Shown here one piece after another: positions 38,569 through 54,724 of a DNA stretch of 64,000 nucleotides. The stretch covers positions 340,690,001 through 340,754,000 of the forward strand of contig OZ024743.1 of NCBI GenBank assembly GCA_964016885.1, written 5' to 3'. The notes beneath the pieces are model-generated. The model worked only from the letters and a program-made list of their open reading frames with translations, searched no databases and was not told the origin of the DNA. Each line of letters begins with the position of its first letter. Within the stretch, counting starts at the first letter, position 1. A program made the translations under genes and the position numbers. The DNA is from Eledone cirrhosa. Lineage: Eukaryota.

Positions 38569-41500
38569 GAATCAGCGTCGTGCGGCAGCTGGCCCCCACC
38601 TTCGATGACTTTGAGGTGCATGCATCTCTCTGTCAACCTGGAGGTGGGGGTGGGGTTGTCGTACTGCTGCAAAAACACCTGGGTCTTGCCGTACAGGTTG
38701 TGCACTCGGACCCGGAGGGTCGTTTGTTGGTGCTAGACGTTGGCAGTAGTGAAAGTGCGGCCTTGAGACTGGTCGCCGTCTACTCCCCTTTCGGAGCTGA
38801 ACGGCCCGACTTCTTCCAGCGTTTGGAGACTTTTCTGGGAACGTCGCGTTCCCTGCTTCTAGCGGGGGATTGGAATGACATCCTGGATGCACGTTGGGAC
38901 TATGCAGGAGCATGTCCTAATAGAGGGGGGTGTAACAGCCTCAAGGGGTTACTCGACCGTTTTAACTTGGTCGATAGATATCGACTAGATTTTCCAACTG
39001 TGCCTACCTTAACTTGGAGAAACCACAGTGGTCAATCTAGATCGTACTTAGATAGATTCTTAGTTAGAAGTAAGGATAGGGACATATTAAGCTGTCCAGA
39101 AATGCGCACGGTTGGCTACACGGATCACAAATTAGTGACCTGCGTGGTCAATCTCGAGAAAACACATAGACAGGGTCCCGGTTACTGGAAACTTAATTTG
39201 TCTTTACCGGCAAAAGAGACTTACAGAAACCGGATTAGCAGATTAGTTAAGGAGAGGTTGACGGGTGCAATCGTCAACAACCGATGGTGGGCATCTCTCA
39301 AAAGAGAGATTAGAACAGAATCAATAAGTTATAGCAAGATGTTAGCTGCCGATAGGAATAGAAACGAGAAAGAATTAACAGGTAAATTAGAAGAGGCAAT
39401 CAAGAGCGAAGATGTGGCCAGAGTGCTGACATCGAGGACGGCCTTGAACCAGTTTTTCGATGCAAAGCACGAAGGCTGCGTCATTCGAAGTAAAATACGT
39501 GCTCTAGGTAATGAGGGGGCCAAAGCCGTTGGATGGGCCCGCGTGACAGAAGCTAAGAGTGGAAATCGATCCACCATCCGGTCGTTGCAAGACGAAGATG
39601 GACGAGTGATCCGGGAGCCTAAGCAGATGTGCGAGGCCTTTCAAAAGCACTTTGCCCGATTGTTCGGGGGAGGCGGGGGTCCGGGCCGGGGCATGGATTT
39701 CGGTCCATACCTCGACGGCCTGCCGCGTCTCTCGAACGAAGAGGCAGAGTCCTGCGAGGGACCAATCTCGGCTGATGAGATCGGAGATGCGCTGAGCCAA
39801 TGCAGCAGACGCAAATCTCCAGGTCTCGATGGTATACCTTACGAACTTTATTTAGCAATGCCGGTCTTCTTCTCCGAACTCCTCGAAGCGGTCTACTGCA
39901 ATTGGCAGCAGAACGGGAGAATTCCTTGTTCTGTAGCCAAGGGCGTAGTCACGCTGGTGAGGAAGGACGAGAACAAGGGGGATAGTATAAATAATTTTCG
40001 GCCCATAACCCTGCTAAACACAGAGTTAAAGATTTTGGCCAAGGTGTTAGCAAAGAGGTTGGCGCTTGTCGTGGGTGGCCTGGTGGGAGATGCGCAGACA
40101 TGTGCTATCCCATCCAGGTCCATTCACGATAACCTCCACCTCATGCGATACATCATAGAGAGGGTTGGCAACAAACCCGGCTTCGGTGGGGCCCTGATCA
40201 ACTTGGATCAGTCTAAGGCCTTCGATAGGGTCGACCATGGTTACCTGGATGCGGTGCTAGCGGCGGCTGGGTTCGGTCCTGTTTTCAGAGGCTGGATCAC
40301 TGCCCTACATAGCAACCACATCTGTTCTAGGATCAAGGTGAACGGCTACCTTTCGAAGCCGTTCGAAATCACACGATCCATTCGACAGGGGTGCCCTCTC
40401 TCCTCCCTTCTGTACGTATTGACTCTCGAGCCTTTACTGAGGAAGTTGGAGTTGTTGCAGGGTATCCCCCTGGAACCAGGATTGAGCAAAGCGGTGTCGG
40501 CCTACGCCGATGACGTAACAGTAATGGTATCAACCGACTCGGAGATCGAGACGATCGGTACCTTACTGGAGGAGTACGAAAGGTTGTCAGGAGCGAAACT
40601 GAACCGGGAAAAATCCATCGGGCTGCAACTCGGAACGTGGAGAGGCAAACCGATGTCTCCTGACGGTGTCGTCGGACACTGGACGGAGGGCCCGGTAAAG
40701 TTGCTTGGGGTCTGGTTTGGACCGGACCTCCAGGTGGAAAAGAACTGGAACGAGGTTACGAACAAGGTGTTTGAACTAACCCAGAAATGGGCCAAGTGTA
40801 AGCTGTCCCTAAAAGGCCGGGCGGAGGTGGCGAACATTTACATAGCGTCCGTCACTTACTACCGCCTGACTGTCGTGCCTTGCCCTAAGGAAACACTCAC
40901 CACCATGGAACGCATGCTCTTCCAATTTCTTTGGAAGAAGCGTCCTCCTATGGTGAGAAGATCCATCTGCTGCCAACAACCTTCGAAAGGAGGGCTGGGG
41001 ATGCCGTGGTTGATGATGCGTAGGCACACATTAAGGCTACGGCACCTACAGGTATTCCTCACTGGTCAACCGGTGTGGGCTCCGTTCGTGAAACGAGCCT
41101 TTCCGAGACTCGTCTCACTCACCGAGCTACAGTCCTGGGTCAAGCAAAGATCCGGAAAACTGGGAGACTGGCACACTGAGTGTGCTCAGGCGCTCAGGGC
41201 TCTCTGGCAAGCGGGCCAGGCCATCGGTGGAGAATCCACCTCATCATTCTATAGAGGGCTGGTGGCTAGCAGGGGCGATGACACCCTTGGAGAGTCGCTG
41301 GACATGGAAGAAGACGAACTGGCCAGCCTGTTCGGTAGGACTTTCGGCCCAGGACCAATGGACAACTTCCAGAAGTCACTGGCCTGGCAGTGCTACCGAG
41401 GGGCTCTACCCGTTCGAGAGAGGCTCTACAGACACGGGCGCCCGGGCAGGGATCCCTCAAAAAAGATTTGCCCTAGATGCGTGCGTCACGAAGAAACCGT

Positions 41501-41887
41501 AGCGCACGCATTGGTGCAATGTCCGGGCGTGGCTGATCTGTGGGGCTACGCCGAACAACTGCTGTCGCGGGTGGCGCCGATTAAATTGACCGCCGAGTCC
41601 GTGATGACAATCAAACCGCCTCCCCTCTTCACAAAGGAAGCAAAGGCGGTTTTTTTCTGTGCGTAATAGCCATGTTGAAAGAGGTAGTTTGGTGGACACG
41701 ATTGAAAGGTCTGAGGTCAGGCAACTTCCTCTCTGGCCATAGTCTGGTCTACTTCTTCCGATATCACTTCGGAAGAAGGATAAGAATGGAGAGAGAGGTG
41801 CTTGGCCACAGGCAGTTTTATGAAAGGTGGGTGATAGTGGCGAGAATGGCTCGTGTAAATGGGCCTTCTCTGTATACCATCCTGTAG
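38569..41887 (+). CDS. LINE ORF2: APE endonuclease, RT and zf-RVT (N-terminus truncated; frameshift in T7 run at ~41650)
   Basis: GDWN, SYLDRFLV, TDHK (APE); KSPGLDG, FRPITLLN, LDQSKAFDRVDH, RQGCPLS, YADD, LLGVWF (RT); CPRC..H...C; ORF 41672-41887 continues it, as in the 14118-14699 copy. Confidence 0.9.
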
Positions 41888-42100
41888 GTAAAGAAGTAAA
41901 GGAGAGGGGAGCACCTTCTCCATGTGCTCCCCGGGCAAAGGATTGCACACTTTTTCGGGGGTGTGTGCAACCCCCATCACGTCCACTCCCTTTTGAGGTT
42001 ATTTTCGATTATTTTCATGTTACACCCTTTTTACTCGATTATATGTAAACTCCCCCTTTGTATTTGTCCCTTCTTTTTATGCCTTTATGGTAAATAAAGA
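38569..42100 (+). mobile_element. 5'-truncated Tx1/L1-clade LINE inserted in (TATC)n
   Basis: (TATC)n on both sides; ORF2 and 3' UTR ending AAATAAAGAAA. Confidence 0.93.
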
Positions 42101-42101
42101 A

Positions 42102-42161
<60 letters not shown>

Positions 42162-42174
42162 CTATCTATCTATC

Positions 42175-42205
<31 letters not shown>

Positions 42206-42377
42206 GTTGCCAGTTCAATTCTCGGACCGGTTGATGAGTTGTGTCATTGAGCCAGGGTCTGCAACTGGTAGATAGTATCAGCAATGGAAATACTAATGGA
42301 AACATTGTTTACTTGATCTGACTTGACGAGGTCCACCCGATTCGAATGAGGTCTGGGATCTTGTCGATCGTTTAGAG

Positions 42378-42433
<56 letters not shown>

Positions 42434-42529
42434 AAGATTTGGCTTAGTTTACGAAGTATTGGATAAAAACGGGCAAGGATGCCAATGGAACTTTACATGA
42501 TTTTTGAAAAAAATATTATCAAATATTAT

Positions 42530-42702
42530 TTCGGTAGAGGGTCGGACACTATGCTTTGACGCATAGAGTTACTCCCCTTGCCATTCTGAGTTCAAATCGC
42601 GCCGAGGTTAACTTTGCCTTTCATCCTTACGGGGTTGATAAAATAAAGTACCAGTAATGCACTGGGTATTTGCTGGTCTTGTGCCAAAAGTAGAAACAAT
42701 TA
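42530..42702 (+). mobile_element. SINE
   Basis: Consensus match. Confidence 0.85.
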
Positions 42703-43096
42703 TTATAGTTATAGCATTGTGGTGACTATATTTTCAGACACACATACACACACGTGCGCACATACACAGACCCACGCGCACTCTCTCTCTCTCTCACTCT
42801 CTCTCTCTCTCTCTGCTACTCACACACACATATATATTGTTATATTTGGGGATGATCAATATACCAATAAAATACACAGACTGAATGTATTTCATTACAA
42901 ACAATTAAATTAGCCATTAATTATATAGCTAAACTAATATACCCTTGAATAAGTTAATTAATTAATGGCTTTATTAATTAGTTGCTTAATTAAATGATAA
43001 TGAACCTGAAGTCTAGTAATTACTCGTTTGTCGGGCACTCCCAATGTAAAACATGATTTAGAAGTTTTCATACAAAGTATCTTGGGAATCACGTGG

Positions 43097-43190
<94 letters not shown>

Positions 43191-43505
43191 TTCAAGAGTA
43201 ACCAATCTTAAAGAGAGAGATTGAGATAGTAGAGGAGATATGAGAGGAAAGATTGGTGAGTTAGTTAGAAGCCAAAGCGTAAAGGCATATGCTCAATGTG
43301 CAATATGCAGTAGAAAGCAGCTAGGTGGCTGGGTTCATGCAGAGGTTAGGTGCGCAGAGCTGGAAATATTCATTAGTTAAGCAAAACAAGACCACAAATT
43401 TCACAAGGAAGACATTATTAAAAGATTGTCAACATATTTAGTTTGATGTAAGGAATGTAGAGAATAATAATAATAATAATAATAATATTAATAATAATAA
43501 TGCCC

Positions 43506-43628
43506 GTTTACAATTGTTTCGCTACTCAGTATAATATTTCTGGATCAGATGACTATGTATCATAATTGATCTGGTTCAGTTGAAAATAATTAACATATTT
43601 AAAAAAAAACAGAGTGGCTTATCGGAAC
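43506..43628 (-). ncRNA. PLE HHR, degenerate core CCGATAA
   Basis: Mirror of 46569-46692. Confidence 0.45.
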
Positions 43629-46368
43629 TCAAAGGAATATAAATTAAAATAATGTTACATAATATAATGTTCCATATATTAGTTTTTACTATGCTGCCTT
43701 TGTTTCATCAGCTGTCAGCCATAATCAAGCAGTACTCATCTGTCGAGGCTGCATTGTGTGAGATCTGCTTATGGGTAACAAGATGGCTGCCAAAGGGCAT
43801 ATTTACCTTACTAATTAGAAGGTGGTTTCAGGGGAAGTAACTTCTCGAGAGATTAGAGATTGTGTGTATTTTATAGTTAAGTGCTAGTATTTAAATTATT
43901 TAATTGAGAGACAATGTAGGGGTGGTAACTTATAATTATCGAGTTGTTCATAACAATTTAACTTATTAGCTACAATTAGAGATGGGGCTACATGACTAAG
44001 TTGGGTCAAAAACTCTATTGGCGATGTTGAGAGCTAATGGTTACCTCCGTTCTATCGTTAATTGGTAGAGGTCTTGATAGAGTTATGTAATACGCTTCCG
44101 TAACACAGATCACAAGATTTCCTTCGTCCATTGAACGGTTGTGCCCTAGCTACGATATACCATTTTAGTGAGTGTTGAACTTTGTTTAATTTAAGGTTTT
44201 TAATGAGCCTAGCTAGCGATGTCGAACATCTGTTGCTAGGGTCTCGGAAGGAAAAAGAGTGCACGTTATAGCGTACCTTAAAAGGGTTAGAGGTAGACCC
44301 GATGTAAGAGCTGGTATTCGAAGCAATCTCAACTGTGCACCTATAGACTATGTTGGGTGTCAGGCAGTGTCCATTTAATGGGCATGCATTGGGGTACCGG
44401 CAGGTGCAGTTGCTTCTGCGGTTAGTGAGAGTAGGGCTATTTAACCTAAGCAGTTGGTCCGTGCTAGAAGGATTAGATGGGGGAGGTGTGCTACTAGAGT
44501 AATTATTGGTGTAGTGGCGTGGTGTATTTGATAGGGGTGGTGGTACCGCGGTATGGGAGTTATAGTGTCTTAGCTTATGATGGTTACTGAACGCGATGTG
44601 GCTAGCTAGGTTAGGTGTAGTGGAGAATGAGATTTTAATGTTGTTTTTATTAAAGAGTTTGTAATATCTATGGTTAGGGGGGAAGTGTTTGGATAGGATA
44701 GAGAAGAAGCGATTGGGGATATTAGTGGCTAGATTAGATGAGAATGGTGGGTTAAGTCAGGTGATATTTCTAGGCCTATTCTTTCTAGGGGTTCTAGTGG
44801 AGTTGGTAGGGGCCTTCCTAGGGTTATTATTACCTGGGGGTTTGTTATTTGTCATCCCATTTCTCATTCCTATTCTAGGGTTGATTCTTAGTTTGCTACT
44901 AGGAGTGGGGAGCAGGCCGCTGCCACCATTAAAGTTCCCTGTATAGGTGCTGTTACTGCTAAAATTCCGGCGAATCTGGCTATATGCTAAGGTATTACTA
45001 GTTCTAGTGTTAAGTTTATTATGGTGAGTTGCTGTGTTATGACATTTTGGTATGTAATAAATTGATTGTTTATAACCAGATTCAGAGAGAGCCTTATTAT
45101 AATATTGTGCGTGGTTTATAAATATCTCTTCATCTGCTGATAGCATTGAGATCCTATAGGAGATAGATTTGATTACTGCTCTGATGACTGCCGGTGGCTG
45201 GTTAGAGTGTGGGCTAATATATGTGAGTATTTCGCCTGGTTTATTGTAAGGGTTATAAAGGTTATTGTTGAGATCAAGGGTGACGTCTAGGAAGTTTACT
45301 ACTTTATGGTTCAGCTCGATGGTGATAGAGAGACCGTTATTTTTAAAGAATCTATGAAATTGTTTCTTAAGCAAATCGATTCCCCGATTAGTGCAATTGT
45401 GGATTGCAAATAGGGCGTCGTCCCCAATCCTTCTAGCACGGAACAACTGCTTAGGTTAAATAACCCTACTCTCACTAACCGCAGAAGCAACTGCAACTGC
45501 CGCTACCCCAATGCATGCCCATTAAATGGACACTGCCTGACACCCAACATAGTCTGTAGGTGCACAGTTGAGACTGCTTCGAATACCAGCTCTTACATCG
45601 GGTCTACCTCTAACCCTTTCCCAATGCATGCCCATTAAATGGACACTGCCTGACACCCAACATAGTCTATAGGTGCACAGTTGAGACTGCTTCGAATACC
45701 AGCTCTTACATCGGGTCTACCTCTAACCCTTTTAAGGTACGCTATAACGCGCACTCTTTTTCCTTCCGAGACCCTAGCAACAGATGTTCGACATCGCTAG
45801 CTAGGCTCATTAAAAACCTTAAATTAAACAAAGTTCAACACTCACTAAAATGGTATATCGTTCAATGGACGAAGGAAATCTTGTGATCTCTGTGTTACGG
45901 AAGCGTATTACATAACTCTATCAAGACCTCTACCAATTAACGATAGAACAGAGGTAACCATTAGCTGTCAACATCGAAGGGCTAATTCCTTCGCCAATAG
46001 AGTTTTTGACCCAACTTAGTCATGTAGCCCCATCTCTAATTGTAGCTAATAAGTTAAATTGCTATGAACAACTCGATAATTGTAAGTTACCTCCCCTACA
46101 TTGTCTCTCAATTAAATAATTTAAATACTAGCACTTAACTATAAAATACACACAATCTCTAATCTCTCGAGAAGTTACTTCCCCTGAAACCACCCTCTAA
46201 TTAGTAAGGTAAATATGCCCTTTGGCAGCCATCTTGTTACCCATAGGCAGATCTCACACAATGCAGCCTCGACAGATGAGTATTGCTTGATTATGGCTGA
46301 CAGCTGATGAAACAAAGGCAGCATAGTAAAAACTAATATATGGAACATTATATTATGTAACGTTATTT

Positions 46369-46545
46369 TTGGCAGTATCGGTAGAGGGTCGGACGCCATG
46401 CTTTCCAGCATAGTTATGTCCCTTTACGATCTGAGTTCAAATCCCGCCGAGGTTGACTTTGCCTTTCATCCTTACGGGGTCGATAAAATAAAGTACCAGT
46501 AATGCACTGGGTAGTTGCTGGCCTTGTGCCTAAAGTAGAAACAGT
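46369..46545 (+). mobile_element. SINE inserted in the right PLE arm only
   Basis: Absent from the mirror arm; short TTATTTT duplication. Confidence 0.88.
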
Positions 46546-46568
46546 TATTTTAATTTATATTCCTTTGA

Positions 46569-46692
46569 GTTCCGATGAGTCACTGTGTTTTTTTTTTAAA
46601 TATGTTAATTATTTTCAACTGAACCAGATCAATTATGATACATAGTCATCTGATACAGAAATATTATACTGAGTAGCGAAACAATTGTAAAC
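46569..46692 (+). ncRNA. PLE HHR, CCGATGA (C4) core, long stem II
   Basis: GTT-CCGATGA-GTCACT...AGTAGC-GAAA-CAATTG-TA-AAC. Confidence 0.6.
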
Positions 46693-46825
46693 GGGCATTA
46701 TTATTATTAATATTATTATTATTATTATTATTCTCTACATTCCTTACATCAAACTAAATATGTTGACAATCTTTTAATAATGTCTTCCTTGTGAAATTTG
46801 TGGTCTTGTTTTGCTTAACTAATGA

Positions 46826-46867
<42 letters not shown>

Positions 46868-46922
46868 TTGTAATCAAGAAAAAGACGGTTTTATTCGTAC
46901 ATCATTATTTTATCACATAATT

Positions 46923-46991
46923 CTATTATACGTATTTTAAAGATGTCAGAGTGGTTATATAATAACCCTCTGACATGTTTTCATCAGATAG
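46923..46991 (-). ncRNA. HHR relic (G12 to A)
   Basis: CTAT-CTGATGA-AAAC-ATGTCAGAG...CTCTGACAT-CTTT-AAAA-TACGTA-TA-ATAG. Confidence 0.55.
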
Positions 46992-47226
46992 TGTAAGATG
47001 TATTTTCCTATCTATTGATATGTTACTGGTTTCTCGTGGTATTTACATCGCTTACCAGTACACATATGAATAGTATTGGTATTCTAGTATTTATATGTGG
47101 GATGGAAGAGTATATTGTTGTTGGCATTGTGTGACTGCAAGTAGATTACGGTATCAAATTTACAGTTATTATGTAATGGCCACATCAGTAACTGACACCG
47201 GTGTGACGTCATCATATGTGTGTATG

Positions 47227-47264
<38 letters not shown>

Positions 47265-48381
47265 TGTGTGTGTGTGTGTACAAACATATAACTTACATGC
47301 CCAAAGATGAGTATAACAAAAGCATGTGCATAACGATAGCGAGCGTTCTTGTACAATAAAATGCATGTTGTAAAATCTCTTCTAAGATGAGGCATTACAG
47401 TTTTAGCCACAAGTCGTTAAAATAAAAGCTATTCAAAGAATAAAAAAAAAAAACACAAGTTAATAGCGGGACCTCGATTGAATTAGTTTTAAGATAATGA
47501 GAAAAAGATCACCCACAAAAATTGAACAGTTACAAATATCATATTGTATACCAGAAGAGCCACATGCATCGTGCCTGTAGAATGAATTAATACATTATGT
47601 AAAGACCCATGAAACAGTGCACAATATACAAACCCATCTAATCGAAAACTAACAATTGGGATGTATTACGAAAAAGCATCAGAATTAAAAATGTGTAAAT
47701 CTGAATCTGTATACCAAATAACTTACTTCAGATAATTAATGTAAAATACACATTTCAATGTAAGCATCTGGTGATTTATGATTCTTTGGGAAATTTGAAT
47801 TATTGTTTAAACTTGCTTCCACCAGACCACAGGCATCTCTGTTACGTATTACTCGATTTGTTCAACTATTATTTATAGTGGTCAGATATTATCATAGTTA
47901 TCTGTATGGGGACGAATATATTTTCAAATTCCAAATTATATAAATTGTCATTTAATTCTGACAGCTTCTGTCAGAGTAACCAGATATTTATGAAAAGGAA
48001 ACATTACATTACAATACATAACATGAAATAGAAACATATTAATTGATTAAATTACTGTTCTATTTAGAATTCCTCTAAAACATTAACACATTAATTATAG
48101 AAGCTGTATAAATATCAAGATAAAACGAAATAATTAATATCCACTCTCAACACCGAACAAGTAATAATCTAAGTACAGCTAAACATAACTTGTAGTTAAG
48201 AATTAAACACATTTTAAATCTGGCTATGATATCAGTGAGAGCGCTATTCCCATATTTGTCGATTCAGAGAATAAGTCCTCGTAATACTTGATATCTTCGA
48301 AATATTATTGTCTCAAACTAAGTACCTATAATAAAGAAATATGAAAAGTCATTAATACAAAAATAATAGAGCAAGGTTTGA

Positions 48382-48435
<54 letters not shown>

Positions 48436-48442
<7 letters not shown>

Positions 48443-48867
48443 AAGTTAAATAAAAGTCAAATGATCAAAACTTAGCTTCGTTCATTACTGCTATATATAT
48501 TTCAGTGACAGCCATCTTTGGCTGTGACCTCTTCAGGCAGTTTGAATTAGTATGGTATAGACAAGTACATATGTTGTTTAGGTGTACGATATTGTCAACA
48601 CTCTGACATGCCCAGTTCCCCGCTGGGTTGTTAATTCACTGGGGAACTGACTCCAGTTCCCCAGTGAATTAACAACCCAGCGGGGAACTGGGCATGTCAG
48701 AGTGTTGACAATATCGTACACCTAAACAACATATGTACTTGTCTATACCATACTAATTCAAACTGCCTGAAGAGGTCACAGCCAAAGATGGCTGTCACTG
48801 AAATATATATAGCAGTAATGAACGAAGCTAAGTTTTGATCATTTGACTTTTATTTAACTTTATTTTA
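48436..48867. mobile_element. Perfect palindrome (214-bp arms, 4-nt spacer) with two HHRs (48487-48541 minus, 48762-48816 plus)
   Basis: ACTGC-CTGAAGA-GGTC-ACAGCCA-AAGA-TGGCTGT-CACT-GAAA-TATATA-TA-GCAGT; abuts (TA)n. Confidence 0.88.
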
Positions 48868-48958
48868 CACTACTCCGGAGTAACCAAACCAACCTGCGCA
48901 CTTCGTCGAGTGCTCCAGCCTGCATACTGAGGTGTTGGTATACAACCAACATAAACTC

Positions 48959-49065
<107 letters not shown>

Positions 49066-49514
49066 ATTTATATCTGATATTTGTATATATTGTTATACAT
49101 TGGGAGGGTCATGTTGCCAATAAGAAACACACTCACTAGTGCGTGTGTTTCTTGTTGGCAACATGACCCTCCCAAAGTATAACAATATCGGTTTTAACAC
49201 ACGTTTTCAGATAAAGAATCTTGCTAAAGAAATTCAAAAACGATATATATATATTGTTTGTTGAAAAAAGAATAAGTGACATAGTCACTACTTTAAAATA
49301 ATAGCGCAAGGTCTTCAAAGTGTTTTTTAATTAAGCATGTATATTGCCAAATACACTATATATGCATTCATGTATACATCGCTATTTTAGAGCACCAATT
49401 CTAATTTTCAATTGTTGCTGGACCGGCAATCGCTCGGTATAATCAGTTCCTGATTATTACTGGAATTCAATAAGAATCCAACATCTATAATTTTCAACAG
49501 GCAAAGACGAGTGC

Positions 49515-49560
49515 TAAGCTCTGATGATTACCAACAGTATGAAACAGATCTGTCAGCTTA
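49515..49560 (+). ncRNA. Minimal type I HHR between two direct repeats
   Basis: TAAGCT-CTGATGA-T-TAC-CAACA-GTA-T-GAAA-CAGATCTG-TC-AGCTTA. Confidence 0.8.
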
Positions 49561-49686
49561 TCTCCCTTTGTTTGTTGAAAAAAGAAGTAAGTGACATAGT
49601 CACTACTTTAAAATAATAGCGCAAGGTCTTCAACATGTTTTTAATTAAGCATACAGTATGTTGCCAAATATACTATATATGTATTC

Positions 49687-49932
49687 GTATGTATGTATGT
49701 ATGTATGTATGTATGTATGTATGTATGTATGTATGTATGTATGTATGTATGTATGTATGTATGTATGTATGTATGTATGTATGTATGTATGTATGTATGT
49801 ATGTATGTATGTATGTATGTATGTATGTATGTATGTATGTATGTATGTATGTATGTATGTATGTATGTATGTATGTATGTATGTATGTATGTATGTATGT
49901 ATGTATGTATGTATGTATGTATGTATGTATGT
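49687..49932 (+). repeat. (TATG)n microsatellite
   Basis: Direct reading. Confidence 0.98.
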
Positions 49933-50460
49933 CGGGTCATTCTTGTGTGCTACTGGTAACATGTAACCCAGTACAACCGGTCGCATGGTCGGGTCGTCGG
50001 CGACTAAACCGGCAACCCCACCAAGTTTACTTGGTGAGGAGGGTGATTTTGGACACCCTGCAGGACAAAAAACAAAACCTGATAAAGGGCAGAAGAACTC
50101 ATAAGAGTCAACGGCCACCCGAAAGTGTGTAGTTATGTATATACACATGTACGGCGCGGTTAAATTTTGGGAGTGAAGGACCCTAGCCTTTGTCAGGACA
50201 TCATCAGGAGAAGGCAACTCAGGAAACTGGGATAACTCCGATATAAAACATGCGGCTCAGTAGTTACCGATGATGTTGATCTTTTCTTCTTTTCGGTTTA
50301 TAGTTACTGTTGCTCAGAGAGTGGGATTGGCTCAGTGCACAATCTATCCTCACTTTAAAAAATATCTTCATGCACAGGCATTGCACGATAGAATTAATTA
50401 ATTATTAATAATGGTATATCGTGCAATGGCCATACTCGATAACGAGGGGCATCCATCATG
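49933..50460 (+). mobile_element. Dispersed repeat, possibly RTE-related and non-autonomous
   Basis: Second copy at 8029-8386; the AGGAGAAGGCAACTC motif resembles RTE 5' regions (weak). Confidence 0.6.
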
Positions 50461-50503
50461 TATATATATATATATCAAACCTTGTACTATTATTTTTGTA
50501 TTT

Positions 50504-50568
<65 letters not shown>

Positions 50569-50806
50569 TATAATATATAATATATAATATATAATATATA
50601 AATATATATATAAATATATTTATATATATATATATAGATATAGATATATATAGTTCAAGGAAACGCCAAAACAAAGGTACGAAAAGTCTTATTAGTTTCA
50701 CGCTTATGGAAAAGGGGTAAGTAAGTTCGACGTGTCTGGCTTAAGCCCTTCAAAAGTACAAAAATAAAAGGTAGTCCTTAGTAAAAAAAAAAACCCAAAT
50801 AATATA

Positions 50807-50877
<71 letters not shown>

Positions 50878-50881
<4 letters not shown>

Positions 50882-51238
50882 AAAAAGGGATGAAATCGAA
50901 AATGCAACTGAAGTCTTATTTTTTTAAAAAATATATATATTTTTATTTGGTTCCTTTACCGGTTTCGCAGTTCTTCTGCTTTTCAAAAGGTGAGTTGAGA
51001 TGGAGGGTCTGTGGTTTTTCTCACACCTGAGATGTGAGAAAAACCACAGACCCTCCATCTCAACTCACCTTTTGAAAAGCAGAAGAACTGCGAAACCGGT
51101 AAAGGAACCAAATAAAAATATATATATTTAAAAAAAAAATAAGACTCCAGTTGCATTTTCGATTTCATCCCTTTTTCTTTATACTTCCACTCGTGTAGGA
51201 CACCTCGGTTATTTTTCATTTTGTAAAAAAAACCTCAC

Positions 51239-51243
<5 letters not shown>
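50878..51243. mobile_element. Fold-back element between (TA)n tracts with two U3-A8 HHRs (50953-50990 minus, 51068-51105 plus)
   Basis: CCTT-TTGAAAA-GCAG-AAGAA-CTGC-GAAA-CCGG-TA-AAGG; ~150-bp inverted arms. Confidence 0.85.
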
Positions 51244-51321
<78 letters not shown>

Positions 51322-51429
51322 TAGAGCAAGAGAGAGAGAGAGAGAGGCACAGACACAGCCACATACATACACATGTGTTTGTGTATATGTGTGCCCGTTC
51401 AAAACGTGACACCTGAGATAAACAGCCGG

Positions 51430-53880
<2,451 letters not shown>

Positions 53881-54724
53881 CACAAGCCATCACTTTCAAT
53901 TTTCACTTGTTGGCGAAGCCATTAGCCATTATTTGAACTTTTGCGTATACAGACACTTTCGTCAGGTAAATTGCATGGATGTATAGAACAATTTTGCTTT
54001 TATTAGACCGATTTTTTCTATATATTCTATATATTCATCATACCAACAAAGCTACTTGAACACGCGTATATACTCAGAAACTCCAAGTAATGGTTAATAG
54101 GTGAACCTATTAATTATAAACACACAGAAACACGCACACACGCACACACTCACACACACATACACACACACGCACATGCAGATGTTATATATATATAGTA
54201 TAAATAAAAGCAGTTACACGTAATACAAGTTTCACCGACTAGTCATATAATAAAGGCCATAACATAAGGAATGTAGAGTGGTTAAATTTATTTACTTTCT
54301 GGGATTTTAAGTACTTTTGTTTCAAATATTGATTAAATTAAATTCTTCTCGAAAACACTTAATATTCATGTTAAATGAAATTGTATTTATAGTTACATTG
54401 TTATCATAGTCAATGAGTGTGAGAAGTCCACCGTGGGAATTACCAACATCGAGGTAGAGGAATGTTAGTGTCTAAAGAGTGTAGGGGATGCACTAAATGG
54501 CTGATAATAGTTCAAGTCAAAGGGAAGTGATTTCTTTAATATTTATTATATTTAAATATTTTATTCAATTGTGTTTAAATATTCATTTAATTAATATCAA
54601 TAGTTAGTTGGTCTAGACATTTATTACTCTAAAACAATTAAATAAAATTTAATCTAAATTTGTTTTAGAGAAATATGTGAGTATTAGAGGATACTTAAAT
54701 TAGAATCGATTTTTCTTGTTATAC

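Larger units (their letters stand above)
43188..46826. mobile_element. Second PLE family: truncated minus-strand copy plus inverted 3' copy (junction ~45425)
   Basis: DDALF..VVNFLDVTLD..SISYRISMLS..YYNKAL; TGA in place of the conserved Trp of NITWxNPP; GIY-YIG remnants in both arms; arms ~43370-44475 and ~45425-46826. Confidence 0.88.

Noticed and set aside
44757-44759. In-frame TGA in the second PLE as possible selenocysteine
   Set aside because: Aligns with a conserved Trp, not Cys, and the copy has other lesions
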